From contig CAYPBP010000001.1 in NCBI GenBank assembly GCA_964408995.1, positions 74,823-138,822 of the forward strand: 64,000 nt of DNA, given 5' to 3'. The notes below the pieces were generated by a model that worked only from the letters and a program-made list of their open reading frames with translations, searched no databases and was not told where the DNA came from. Origin of the DNA: an uncultured Gammaproteobacteria bacterium (GTDB taxonomy: Bacteria; Patescibacteriota; Microgenomatia; UBA12405). The translations under genes and the position numbers were made by a program. Below, piece after piece: positions 29,677 to 39,327 of this stretch; positions within the stretch are counted from its first letter, which is position 1, and the number at the start of each line of letters is the position of its first letter.

Positions 29677-29835
29677 TTATTTTTCTTCAACCAACTCTCT
29701 ATATTTCAAAGGATCTAAAGATATAATTTCCACTTCAGTGCCACATTCAAGGCATTCAACTATATCTCCAACCATAGTTTCTTTTTGTAATTTAATTTCA
29801 GATTTACAATCTGGGCAAACAACTTTATCGTTCAT
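29677..29835 (-). CDS. LysW-like Zn-ribbon small protein (52 aa; not in the ORF track)
   Basis: Manual translation MNDKVVCPDCKSEIKLQKETMVGDIVECLECGTEVEIISLDPLKYRELVEEK; CPxC...GDIVECxxCG.E.E....DP pattern of LysW, without EDWGE. Confidence 0.8.
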   Translation of the reverse strand: MNDKVVCPDCKSEIKLQKETMVGDIVECLECGTEVEIISLDPLKYRELVEEK

Positions 29836-29875
29836 GTTTTATTAAAATTAATAACTAGTATAATTAAGCTATTAT

Positions 29876-30697
29876 ATGGCAAACACACCTTTAATTAAAT
29901 TAGAGAATATATATTTCAAAAGAGAAGATTTAAATGAAACTGGCTCAGCCAAAGATAGGGCTATTATTTTTCAAATAGAAAATCTAAAAAAACAAGGCTA
30001 TAAACAAGCTGTAATTTCTAGTACCGGCAACGCCGCCATCTCCGCTTCCTATTTTTGCCATCTAAATAATATCGAATTAACTGTCTTTTTATCTCCCAAA
30101 GTCAACCAAAACAAATTAAACCTAATTAAAAAATACCCTTGCCAAATAATTTTTTCCAAAAAAGCCATCAGTGACGCTATAAAATTTTCTAAAAAAAATA
30201 ACAGTTATCTGCTTCGCCAATCAACCGATCCTAGTGCCTTAATTGGTTATCAAGAAATTGGTAAAGAATTATTAAAAGAATTACCTCAAATCACCAGTGT
30301 TTTTGTTCCAGTTGGTAGTGGTGCTACTCTTTTAGGAATTTCCCAATCCTTAAATCCATCAGTTAAAATTTTTGCCATTCAACCAGCCAGTAATTGCCCT
30401 TTATCACAATATTTTGATAAAGATTATGAAAAAGAAACAGAAAATATCACTGACGCCATTTCTGTAAAATACCTACCTCTTAAACCACTTATTATTTCTA
30501 CCATCAAAAATAGCCAAGGAAATGGATTAATTGTTAAAAACAAAAATATTTTAGAAGCTCAAAAAGAACTAGAAACAAATCAAATTAAAACTTCTCTTGA
30601 AGGAGCCATGGCTTTTGCTGGCCTAAAAAAAGCTATTGATAACAAATTAGAAATAGGCAATTACCCAGTCATACTTTTAACCGGATGTCAAAGATAA
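29876..30697 (+). CDS. Fold-type II PLP-dependent enzyme (threonine synthase/cysteine synthase-like)
   Basis: FKREDLNETGSAKDR, SSTGNAA, VPVGSGATLLG, LLTG motifs. Confidence 0.85.
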   Translation: MANTPLIKLENIYFKREDLNETGSAKDRAIIFQIENLKKQGYKQAVISSTGNAAISASYFCHLNNIELTVFLSPKVNQNKLNLIKKYPCQIIFSKKAISDAIKFSKKNNSYLLRQSTDPSALIGYQEIGKELLKELPQITSVFVPVGSGATLLGISQSLNPSVKIFAIQPASNCPLSQYFDKDYEKETENITDAISVKYLPLKPLIISTIKNSQGNGLIVKNKNILEAQKELETNQIKTSLEGAMAFAGLKKAIDNKLEIGNYPVILLTGCQR

Positions 30698-31797
30698 ATT
30701 TAGAAACTATTATTAACGAGTCTCCATATGTTTTTTATTTTTTAGTTGTCGATAAGTTTTTAGACATCAGTTTACCTCAACTTAAAAATTTTCATAAAAT
30801 TTATCTTTCTGATTATCCATCTATAAAAATTAAAAACAGTGGCAAACTTTTGGCAAACCAACAGGTTAAAGAATATATAAAATTAACTTCAAAGTCATTA
30901 ACTCCAGTTATAATTCCCTTTAAACCATCGGCAAAAATTGATATTTTATGTCAAAAAAATAATTGGATTAACGCCAGTAATCCTGGCCCAATTAATCGAT
31001 TTTTAGAAGATAAAATTAAATTTGCTAAACTCTGTCAAAATAAAAAACTCCCAACCCTTCCTTTCTCTCTTGACACTTTTTCTGAAAATAACTTTCTAAA
31101 ATATCAAAAAAAATACAATCAAAAATTAGTTATTCAAACTCATTTTGGTTGGGCAGGGAATAGTACTTTTTCAGCCTCATCTTGGGATGAAATAAAAGAT
31201 AAGATAGAAATCGACACTATGGTTAAATATAGCCCATTTATTGAAGCTTCCTATTCTCTTTTAAACAATTGCTGTCTAACTAAATTTGGATTAATTCAAA
31301 GTCCAATAGCTCTGCAATACACTGGCATCAAACCTTTCACTAAAAATCCTTTTACTACTGTTGGTCGTCAATGGCCTTGTTTTGCTCCACCAAAAATAAT
31401 TAAAAAAACTCAAAAAATAACTCAAAAGTTTTCTAAAATTTTAAAAGAAATTGGCTATAAAGGCTTCTTTGGACTCGACTTTTTAATTAATAAAAACCAA
31501 GTCTTTTTATTAGAATGCAACCCCAGGTTAACTGCTTCTTTTGCTTTTTATACCCAACTAGAACAACTTCAAAACATTAATCCTCTTTTCTATTTTCATT
31601 TAGTCGAATTTTTAAAAATTAATTATCGTCCAAATATAAAATTCGAACAATCTCGTTTTAAAAATAAAAAAATTATTGGTTCTGAACTTACAATTAAAGA
31701 TAAAAATAATAATACCAAAAAGAAGCTTAATTTCTTTTATCCTTTGTCTCTCACCAACAATCCTATTTCTATTTCTCTAAATTTAAATGAAAAATAA
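30685..31797 (+). CDS. ATP-grasp domain ligase
   Basis: EDKIKF, GWAGNSTF, GFFGLDF, LLECNPR motifs. Confidence 0.8.
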   Translation: MSKINLETIINESPYVFYFLVVDKFLDISLPQLKNFHKIYLSDYPSIKIKNSGKLLANQQVKEYIKLTSKSLTPVIIPFKPSAKIDILCQKNNWINASNPGPINRFLEDKIKFAKLCQNKKLPTLPFSLDTFSENNFLKYQKKYNQKLVIQTHFGWAGNSTFSASSWDEIKDKIEIDTMVKYSPFIEASYSLLNNCCLTKFGLIQSPIALQYTGIKPFTKNPFTTVGRQWPCFAPPKIIKKTQKITQKFSKILKEIGYKGFFGLDFLINKNQVFLLECNPRLTASFAFYTQLEQLQNINPLFYFHLVEFLKINYRPNIKFEQSRFKNKKIIGSELTIKDKNNNTKKKLNFFYPLSLTNNPISISLNLNEK

Positions 31798-32962
31798 TAA
31801 ATCACCATTATTATTTTTAGTCTTTAGTTTAATTTTCATTGGCATTATTTTTATTTCCGTATCTTCACTTGGTGAAGCTAGTTCCACTGTTGGCGATAAA
31901 TTTTTATTCATAAAAAAACAAGCATTTTGGCTTACCTTGGGAATAATTTGTTATTACATAACTTCAAAACTAAAAATCGAAACTATAAAAAAATTTGCTT
32001 TCATTTTTTATGCTATTTCCATATTAGGATTAATATTAGTATTAATTCCTGGTTTTGGTAACGAAGCTCTAGGCGCCAAACGTTGGCTTAATTTAGGTTT
32101 TACCAGTATTCAGCCATCAGAAATAGTAAAACTTAGCTCTATTATTTATTTTTCTTATCTTTTTGCCAAAGAAGAAAAACGTCATATAAAAAATCTTATT
32201 TTTTATTTAGGAATTCCTTTTCTTTTGATTATAGTTGAGCCAAATTTAAGTACTGCTATTTTAGTTTCAGCCATCGTTGGTTCAATTTATTATCTTTCGG
32301 GTGGTGAAGTATTTCCATTATTAGGTATGGTTGTTCTAATTTTATTATTAAGCATTCCTCTAATCTTTTTATCTCCCTATCGATCAGCCAGATTAAAAAC
32401 TTTTTTAGAACCACAACAAAACCAAAGTGGTGCTTCCTATCATAGTAATCAAATCATACTAACCCTTTCCTCTGGAGGACTTTTTGGAAAAGGTTTTGCC
32501 AACTCAGACCAAAAATATAAATTTTTACCCAAAATATCAACTGACTCAATTCTGGCCGTAATTGGTGAAGAAATTGGTTTTGTCGGTATTTTTGTAGTTC
32601 TTTTAATTTATCTTTCTTTGATAAATTATCTTCTTAAATTTTCTCAAACTATAGACGATCCATTTCAAAGTTTATTAGTCTCGGGAACTGCTTGTTGGAT
32701 TGCTTATCAAAGCTTAATAAATATTTCTGCTATTGCCGCTCTAATTCCTTTAACTGGAGTTCCTCTTCCTTTTATTTCCTATGGTGGATCATCTCTTCTA
32801 ACTCTTTTTATTGCCATTGGTTTGGTTAGAAATGTCGAAAAAAATCAAAAAACACTGATATACTTAAAGGGTGATCAGCACCAAAATCAAAAAAACAATC
32901 ATCATCACCGGGACTCATCTCACTCCAGCCCTAGAACTCATCAGACAATTACAAAAAGATAA
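31787..32962 (+). CDS. ftsW: SEDS peptidoglycan polymerase FtsW
   Basis: GAKRW, IQPSEIVK, EPNL, GEEIG, PLTGVPLPFISYGGSS motifs; precedes murG. Confidence 0.92.
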   Translation: MKNNKSPLLFLVFSLIFIGIIFISVSSLGEASSTVGDKFLFIKKQAFWLTLGIICYYITSKLKIETIKKFAFIFYAISILGLILVLIPGFGNEALGAKRWLNLGFTSIQPSEIVKLSSIIYFSYLFAKEEKRHIKNLIFYLGIPFLLIIVEPNLSTAILVSAIVGSIYYLSGGEVFPLLGMVVLILLLSIPLIFLSPYRSARLKTFLEPQQNQSGASYHSNQIILTLSSGGLFGKGFANSDQKYKFLPKISTDSILAVIGEEIGFVGIFVVLLIYLSLINYLLKFSQTIDDPFQSLLVSGTACWIAYQSLINISAIAALIPLTGVPLPFISYGGSSLLTLFIAIGLVRNVEKNQKTLIYLKGDQHQNQKNNHHHRDSSHSSPRTHQTITKR

Positions 32963-33971
32963 TAAAATAGATTGGCAAATAAATTATATTGGTCGAAAAT
33001 ATAATTCTAGTGTTGACCAAACTCCTTCTATAGAATCCAAAGTAATTCCCAGTTTAGGTATAAACTTTTATTCAATTGACTGTGGCAAATTAGACAGAAG
33101 GTGGATTCCCAACACCATCAAAGGTCTCCCTCAAACTTTTAAATCAATTTTCAAGGCTTCTAAATTAATAAAACAAATAAAACCAGATGTTGTGCTTTCT
33201 TTTGGTGGTTATGTTTCTGTCCCTGTTGTTATCCAAAGTTTTTTAAAAAAAATTCCATCAATTACCCATGAGCAAACATTAACCAATAGTTTAACCACTA
33301 AAATAAACAGTTTTTTTGTCAGTAAAATTGCTTTATCTTTTGACAACAAAAATCAAAAAGAAAAACTGCCTAAAAATAAAATTGTAATTACCGGTAATCC
33401 CCTAAGAAACGAACTTTTTAATCCTCAAAAGTCAAAGACAGGGGACAGTCTTCAAAAGATTAATAAACCAGTTATATATATTACCGCTGGAAACCAGGGC
33501 TCACAAATCATAAACTCATTAATTAAAAAAATATTACCTAATTTGAAAAATTACTTTGTAATCCACCAAACTGGTAAAAACGATTTTCTAGATTTTAAAA
33601 AATTAATCAAAAAATATTCTAATTACAAAGCTTTTGATTATATAGACTCAAACGATCTTAGTCATATTTTTAAAAAAGCAGAATTAATCATAAGTCGATC
33701 AGGAGCTAATACTAGTCAAGAAATTATGGCTTTAAATAAAAAATCAATTTTAATTCCTCTAAAGGTTAGCCAACAAGATGAACAACTCTTAAACGCTCTT
33801 TTAGTAAAAGAAAAGCTTCCAAAATTAACAGAAATTATTGAAGAAAAAGATTTAAACAAATCTCAACTTTTAGACAGAATCTATAAATTAATTTCAATAA
33901 ATACAAAAAAAATAGATTTAAAAGACTCAGTTAACCTCAAATTGCTTAATTTAATCCATGAAATTATTTAA
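32871..33971 (+). CDS. murG: Undecaprenyldiphospho-muramoylpentapeptide GlcNAc transferase
   Basis: GTHLTPA, GGYVS, HEQ, TGNPLR, GNQGS, SRSGA motifs. Confidence 0.9.
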   Translation: MISTKIKKTIIITGTHLTPALELIRQLQKDNKIDWQINYIGRKYNSSVDQTPSIESKVIPSLGINFYSIDCGKLDRRWIPNTIKGLPQTFKSIFKASKLIKQIKPDVVLSFGGYVSVPVVIQSFLKKIPSITHEQTLTNSLTTKINSFFVSKIALSFDNKNQKEKLPKNKIVITGNPLRNELFNPQKSKTGDSLQKINKPVIYITAGNQGSQIINSLIKKILPNLKNYFVIHQTGKNDFLDFKKLIKKYSNYKAFDYIDSNDLSHIFKKAELIISRSGANTSQEIMALNKKSILIPLKVSQQDEQLLNALLVKEKLPKLTEIIEEKDLNKSQLLDRIYKLISINTKKIDLKDSVNLKLLNLIHEII

Positions 33972-34338
33972 ATTATTTTTATTTACTATTTTCTTTTTTG
34001 GATTATTACTTTCCGTTTATAATCTAAACAATTCCTTTGGAAAAAAGATAAATCCAAACTCTAATAAAAATAGTTTTTACCTTGAATTAGACAATATTTT
34101 AATCAAAGCTCAAATAAAAACGGTAAAAAACAATATTAGGGATTATCAAAATCAATTTGAATTCTATATAATTAATGAAAGCAACCCAATTAAAGTTATT
34201 TTATCAACCAAAAAGAACCCTTATTGGCAAATTGCTTCTTTACAAGAAATTTTAAAAAAAGCTAAAATTAATAATAAACAACTGCAATTAGTTGACCTAA
34301 GCATCAACCATCCATATGCAACATTCAAAAATAATTAA
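33958..34338 (+). CDS. Short FtsQ/DivIB-like protein
   Basis: N-terminal TM, C-terminal VDL strand, position immediately before ftsA. Confidence 0.45.
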   Translation: MKLFKLFLFTIFFFGLLLSVYNLNNSFGKKINPNSNKNSFYLELDNILIKAQIKTVKNNIRDYQNQFEFYIINESNPIKVILSTKKNPYWQIASLQEILKKAKINNKQLQLVDLSINHPYATFKNN

Positions 34339-35566
34339 CATAATAGACATCGGTACTTCAAAAGTTACTACTCTTGTTGGTCAATATTTTGATACTGAAG
34401 ATAAATTTAATATCGTGGCTGTTTCTTCAATTCCATCTCTTGGTTTCAGAAAAGGTCAAATAATAAACCTAGAACAAGCCTCTCACACTATCACTCAAAG
34501 CGTAGAAGCTGCCGAAAGAATGGCTGGATTTCAAATAAATAGTGCTCATGTTTCAATTTCGGCTCCCCACATTGAATCTATAAATTCACATGGCGTGGTA
34601 GCTATCAGTAATCCCAATGGTGAAATAGATGAAAACGACATTAACCGAGTTACTGAAGCAGCCAAAGCTATTTCCCTGCCAACTGGCAAAGAAATAATTC
34701 ATATTATTCAACGAAAATTCACTGTCGATGGTCAAGAAGGAGTAGTTGATCCAATTGGAATGAATGGAATCAGATTAGAAGTTGAAGCTCACTTAATTCT
34801 AGCTTCTAGCCCTGCCTTAAAAAATCTTAAAAAATGTCTTGAAGATATTGGTATCAAAATTGAATCATTAACTTACGCTGGATTAAGCACAGCCACAGCC
34901 GCCCTAACTGACACCGAAAAAGAACTTGGTGTCGCTCTGGTGGACATTGGTGGCAGTGTTACCAATATAACTATCTTTATAGAAGGCTCACCCGTATTTT
35001 CTTCAGTAATTCCTATTGGAGCCAACAACGTCACTAACGACATTGCTATTGGTCTTAGATTCTCAATAGAGGATGCTGAAAAAATAAAACTAAAGTTAAC
35101 CAAATTAGCAGAAAGCAAAAAATTCGAAGATGAAATTGAAGTTTCTCATTTTGATATTCAAACTGATGACAAAAAGAAAATTTCTCTTCAAACAGCCATT
35201 AATGGCATTGTTAAGCCTCGACTAGAAGAAATTTTTAGTTTAATTTATTCCCAGATAGAAGAAAGTGCTTTTCATCAATCAATTCCAGCCGGAATTGTGT
35301 TAACTGGTGGGGGAGCCATGACCGTCAATGCCAAAGAAATTTGTAATAAAGTTATTCCTTTACCTTTAAGAATCGCTACTCCTCCAAAAGTCGGTGGCAT
35401 AGTTGATGATATTCTAAATCCAGCTTATACTAGCACTATTGGACTTTTGATTCATAATAAAAATACTAATAAAAAAGGTGGTGGATCAAGCATTAAAGCT
35501 CCAAAAATTTCCATGGGAGGTTTTTTAAGTAAAATAAAAAATATGCTTGAACCTCTTTTACCATAA
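34316..35566 (+). CDS. ftsA: Cell division protein FtsA
   Basis: DIGTSKV, AERMAG, VDIGG, VLTGGG motifs. Confidence 0.95.
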   Translation: MQHSKIINIIDIGTSKVTTLVGQYFDTEDKFNIVAVSSIPSLGFRKGQIINLEQASHTITQSVEAAERMAGFQINSAHVSISAPHIESINSHGVVAISNPNGEIDENDINRVTEAAKAISLPTGKEIIHIIQRKFTVDGQEGVVDPIGMNGIRLEVEAHLILASSPALKNLKKCLEDIGIKIESLTYAGLSTATAALTDTEKELGVALVDIGGSVTNITIFIEGSPVFSSVIPIGANNVTNDIAIGLRFSIEDAEKIKLKLTKLAESKKFEDEIEVSHFDIQTDDKKKISLQTAINGIVKPRLEEIFSLIYSQIEESAFHQSIPAGIVLTGGGAMTVNAKEICNKVIPLPLRIATPPKVGGIVDDILNPAYTSTIGLLIHNKNTNKKGGGSSIKAPKISMGGFLSKIKNMLEPLLP

Positions 35567-35570
35567 AATT

Positions 35571-36752
35571 ATGGGATTAATTAAAACTCTAACAGGACAA
35601 TTTGCCAGAATAAAAGTCATCGGTATTGGTGGTGGTGGTAATAATGCTATCAATTCAATGATTAATGAAGATGCCATAAAAGGTGTCGATTTTATTGCTG
35701 TTAACACCGATTCACAGGCTTTATTAAGCTCTAAAGCTTCAGTAAAAATTCAAATTGGAGAAAAATTAACCAAAGGCTTAGGGGCTGGGGGTAATCCTCA
35801 AATAGGTCAAAAAGCTGCTGAAGAATCAAAAGAAAGAATAAAAGAGGTTCTTGAAGGTACTGATATGGTTTTTGTTACTGGTGGTATGGGAGGTGGCACT
35901 TGCACTGGAGCTGCTCCTGTAATTGCTCAAATTGCCAAAAAAGAATTAGGGATTTTAACTATTGGAGTGGTCACTAAACCATTTTTATTTGAAGGCACCA
36001 GACGTATGACCAATGCCGAAGATGGTATTGCTCAATTAAGAGAAAATGTTGACACCCTTATTGTGATTCCAAACCAAAAAGTTATGGAAGTTGTAGACAA
36101 TAAAGCCACTTTATTAAAAGCTTTTGAAATTGCTGATTCTGTTTTAAGTAAAGGTACCAAAGCTATCGCTGATTTGATTACCATCCCTGGTTTAATTAAT
36201 CTAGATTTTGCCGATATTAAAGCCGTTATGAGCAATGCTGGCACAGCTTTGATGGGAGTAGGCGAGGCAGAAGGTGAAAACAGAGTTCAAAAAGCAGTTG
36301 AAGATGCTATTTATTCTCCATTAGTTGAAGTTAATATCGAAGGTGCCAGAGGAGTTTTAATAAACATCACTGGTGGACCAGATATCACTATGGCTGAAAT
36401 TGAAGAAGCTGCCCAAGCCATAACTGAAAGAACTGCCCCAGATGCCAATATTATTTTTGGTGCCACTATTGAAAATGAATTAAAAGGTAAAGTAAAAATT
36501 TCAGTTATTGCCACTGGTTTTGACACTAGTCGAGCCGGTCTTTATCAACATCTCAAAAAACCACAACCAACTTTAATGCGCATGCCAGATAAAGCCAAAG
36601 AAGAACCGGAAGAAACTACAAGTAGTATTACCGAGCCCTCACAATTAAGTGAAAACCAAATCAAAGAATTTATGGAAAACAAACAAGTTCCAGAAGGAAT
36701 TGATATCGTTGACGAGTACGACATCCCTGCGTTTTTAAGAAAAAATAAATAA
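35571..36752 (+). CDS. ftsZ: Cell division protein FtsZ
   Basis: [23 protein letters not shown]-terminal DIPAFLR motifs. Confidence 0.97.
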   Translation: MGLIKTLTGQFARIKVIGIGGGGNNAINSMINEDAIKGVDFIAVNTDSQALLSSKASVKIQIGEKLTKGLGAGGNPQIGQKAAEESKERIKEVLEGTDMVFVTGGMGGGTCTGAAPVIAQIAKKELGILTIGVVTKPFLFEGTRRMTNAEDGIAQLRENVDTLIVIPNQKVMEVVDNKATLLKAFEIADSVLSKGTKAIADLITIPGLINLDFADIKAVMSNAGTALMGVGEAEGENRVQKAVEDAIYSPLVEVNIEGARGVLINITGGPDITMAEIEEAAQAITERTAPDANIIFGATIENELKGKVKISVIATGFDTSRAGLYQHLKKPQPTLMRMPDKAKEEPEETTSSITEPSQLSENQIKEFMENKQVPEGIDIVDEYDIPAFLRKNK

Positions 36753-36755
36753 AAA

Positions 36756-37007
36756 CTAACAATAAACTTCTCTTCTGTGTCCAACTTTTAAAATATAAAT
36801 CTTATTACCTTTTATTTCAAAAATAACTCGATAATTATTTATTCGATATCTGTACTCACCTAATTTAGAATTAATTAATTTTTTAGAAATTTTTAAAGGA
36901 TCTTTTTCTAACAACAATATCTTTTTACCAATCTTTTTTTTAACCACTGCATCAAGTTTTTTAATCTGACTAACTGCTTTTTTTGTAATTAAAATCTCAT
37001 ATTCCAC
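36756..37007 (-). CDS. RelE/ParE-family toxin
   Basis: YRYRINNYRVIF and ILKVGHRREVY RelE signature. Confidence 0.88.
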   Translation of the reverse strand: MEYEILITKKAVSQIKKLDAVVKKKIGKKILLLEKDPLKISKKLINSKLGEYRYRINNYRVIFEIKGNKIYILKVGHRREVYC

Positions 37008-37087
37008 AACTTTTTCAAGAAATCAAATAATTATTATATTAATTATAAACAAAGCGAAACAAAAATTACAAATTTAATTTGTAATTT

Positions 37088-37336
37088 TTATATTTTGCCA
37101 AAAATTTCATCAAAAGGATAGACCTCACCTTTTTCAATATTCTTTCTGGCATCTTCAATATCTTTTTTATATTTAGAATTCGCCAAAGCTAATAAATCTT
37201 CCAACATATCAATATTCACAATGGCTGACTTAATTTTTCCACGACTAGAGATTAAGATAAAATCTTTTTTATTTTCCACTAAATCTAGTGTATCTGCTAA
37301 GTTATTTCTTAATATTGTACTTGTTACTGTATTCAT
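37088..37336 (-). CDS. Phd/YefM-family antitoxin
   Basis: MNTVTSTILRNNLADTLDLV...ILISSRGK..AIV pattern; upstream of RelE; start at ATG 37336. Confidence 0.85.
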   Translation of the reverse strand: MNTVTSTILRNNLADTLDLVENKKDFILISSRGKIKSAIVNIDMLEDLLALANSKYKKDIEDARKNIEKGEVYPFDEIFGKI

Positions 37337-37343
37337 AACTACA

Positions 37344-37372
37344 AATGTACATCTTAATTGTACAATTGTCAA
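37344..37372 (-). promoter_or_regulatory. TA promoter TTGACA-17-TACATT overlapped by two TGTACA operator palindromes
   Basis: TGTACA at 37346-37351 and AATTGTACAATT at 37356-37367. Confidence 0.75.
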
Positions 37373-37518
37373 CATTTAATTTTAAAATATAATTTTTTTC
37401 CAAAAAATGACGGCCAACTAACTAAAAAACAAAATACACAAATGTGCACTCGGTTGTTTAGCTCGTGGCCGTCGTTTTATTCTTTTGCTTTAGGATTTTT
37501 TGGAGTCTGAAATGATAG

Positions 37519-38046
37519 TTATGGTTTAAGTTGTTTAAATCTGTAGATAATATAATCTTCGCCAAAAATGGTTTCCAAAAGTTCTTCTTGATCTGCTGTC
37601 GGAGAAAATGTGCCTTCAATATGAAGCTTATCTTTAAAAAGGACACACTTCGTATTTGCTATAACCAACATGTTTTTTGTGGTTACATATGGACTTCCCA
37701 ATGTTTCATTTTGTTTTTTATGAATTCCCTCACTCTCGCCTCCGTCTTCAGCCTCATAGGCTAAACCAATTATGACTGTTCCTTTCGGAACCTTCATGTG
37801 CTCACCTGAAAACAAAACAGTTATTGCTGTTTTTGTCGCCGGTCTTGGATAATTATCCAAAATAGAATTAAGAACAATAGCTCCAACGACAATGCCGATG
37901 ATGAGACCAATAATAATACCGACATATAAATATGTCTTCCTTTTTGGCAGCTTCGTTTGCGGTGTTTTTTGTGTTTCTGTTTTTTTCGGGAAATTCGGAG
38001 GGGTGACTATAACTCCTTTGAACGGTTTATCATTTTCGTTTAACAT
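37519..38046 (-). CDS. Orphan single-pass membrane protein
   Basis: One TM (YVGIIIGLIIGIVVGAIVL); AAGGAG precedes ATG 38046 (GTG 38064 is an alternative). Confidence 0.65.
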   Translation of the reverse strand: MLNENDKPFKGVIVTPPNFPKKTETQKTPQTKLPKRKTYLYVGIIIGLIIGIVVGAIVLNSILDNYPRPATKTAITVLFSGEHMKVPKGTVIIGLAYEAEDGGESEGIHKKQNETLGSPYVTTKNMLVIANTKCVLFKDKLHIEGTFSPTADQEELLETIFGEDYIIYRFKQLKP

Positions 38047-38150
38047 TTCTTTTTTCTCCTTCACTTAATAAATTATTTTTTTCGACCTTGACATACCCAA
38101 TTGAACTTCCTCTAAAGCAAAATTTTAAGGTTCTAAACCTTGGCTATATT

Positions 38151-38175
38151 AAAAAACCTAGACGCATCGTCCAGG
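38151..38175 (-). terminator. Intrinsic terminator-like hairpin in the leader of the orphan gene
   Basis: Minus strand CCTGGACG-ATG-CGTCTAGG followed by T6. Confidence 0.6.
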
Positions 38176-38223
38176 GATAGAAAAGATTTAATGTTTCAAT
38201 GATTCACATCATGAAAACGTCCT

Positions 38224-38252
38224 ATAATATCAATACATCTCCAAAAAGTCAA
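38224..38252 (-). promoter_or_regulatory. Sigma70 promoter TTGACT-17-TATTAT
   Basis: Near-consensus hexamers with 17-bp spacer and TG extension. Confidence 0.6.
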
Positions 38253-38287
38253 GTATTTAGTCCTCATTATGCTATATAATAAAATCA

Positions 38288-39283
38288 ATGTCTAGATCCT
38301 TGTGGCTACCAACTCTAATCAGCTTAACCGTTTTCTTTTCTATCAACATTCTAATGGTAGCTTCTGTTGCTCCAAATTCAGTTTTAAAACAATTAGCCGC
38401 TTGGGTAATTGGTTTAATTTTATTTTTCATCGGCAAACAAATCAATTTAAAACAACTTGGTTCATATAAATGGCCAATTTTTATCGCTTGTTGTGTTTTA
38501 CTTCTAATTCCAATTTTGTTTAACAGTGTTACTCGCGGATCTCGACAATGGATTTATATTGGTAATCAAAGTATCCAACCATCAGAAATAGTTAGACCTT
38601 GGCTAATGTCTTTTTTGGCTACCACTAATCTTCCTTTTCTACATGCAATTCCAGTAGGCATAATCATGGGCCAACCAGATTTTGGCAGTGCTATTTCTGT
38701 TTTCTTTTTAATTATCCCTGTAATTTTGTATAACAAAAAATTACTTAAAATATCTATCTTGATTGGACTTATTTTTATTTTAATTTCTCCCTTAATTTAT
38801 AAATATGGCCTTCGCAGTTATCAACAAAATCGAATTTTAACTTTTATAGACCCGAAAGCTGATCCACTGGGTAAAGGTTACAACGTTATTCAATCTCAAA
38901 TTGCCATTGGTTCTGGTGGTTTCTTTGGCAAAGGTTGGAAAAAGGGGACTCAAGGACAATTATTATTCTTACCCGAAAAACACAGTGATTTTATGTTTGC
39001 TACTACCGCCGAAGAACTTGGTATAGTTGGCATCTTAATTGTTTTATCTGCCTACTATTTATTAATCAGCACCCTTTTTAATAAAGCTTTTTCCACTAAA
39101 AACCGAGCCCTATTTATTTTTACTCTTGGCATTGCTATTCAAATTTGGATGCAAACTTTTGTCAATATTGGAATGAACATTGGCATCTTACCAGTCACTG
39201 GAATTCCTCTTCCTTTTATCTCTGTTGGCGGATCATCTTTAATGACTTTTCTTTTTTCATTAGGTATTGCCTATTCATCATAA
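38288..39283 (+). CDS. rodA: SEDS family protein, RodA-like
   Basis: IQPSE, QPDFG, DPLGKGYNVIQSQIAIGSGG, LPEKHSDF, PVTGIPLPF motifs. Confidence 0.85.
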   Translation: MSRSLWLPTLISLTVFFSINILMVASVAPNSVLKQLAAWVIGLILFFIGKQINLKQLGSYKWPIFIACCVLLLIPILFNSVTRGSRQWIYIGNQSIQPSEIVRPWLMSFLATTNLPFLHAIPVGIIMGQPDFGSAISVFFLIIPVILYNKKLLKISILIGLIFILISPLIYKYGLRSYQQNRILTFIDPKADPLGKGYNVIQSQIAIGSGGFFGKGWKKGTQGQLLFLPEKHSDFMFATTAEELGIVGILIVLSAYYLLISTLFNKAFSTKNRALFIFTLGIAIQIWMQTFVNIGMNIGILPVTGIPLPFISVGGSSLMTFLFSLGIAYSS

Positions 39284-39327
39284 ATATTTGCTTGTTTAGA
39301 AAATTTACTATGCTATAATCGAAAGGT

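Noticed and set aside
30685-31797. Calling the ATP-grasp gene ddl or lysX
   Set aside because: Lacks the Ddl GG.S.E/HG..GED motifs and does not clearly match LysX/RimK; left as a generic ATP-grasp
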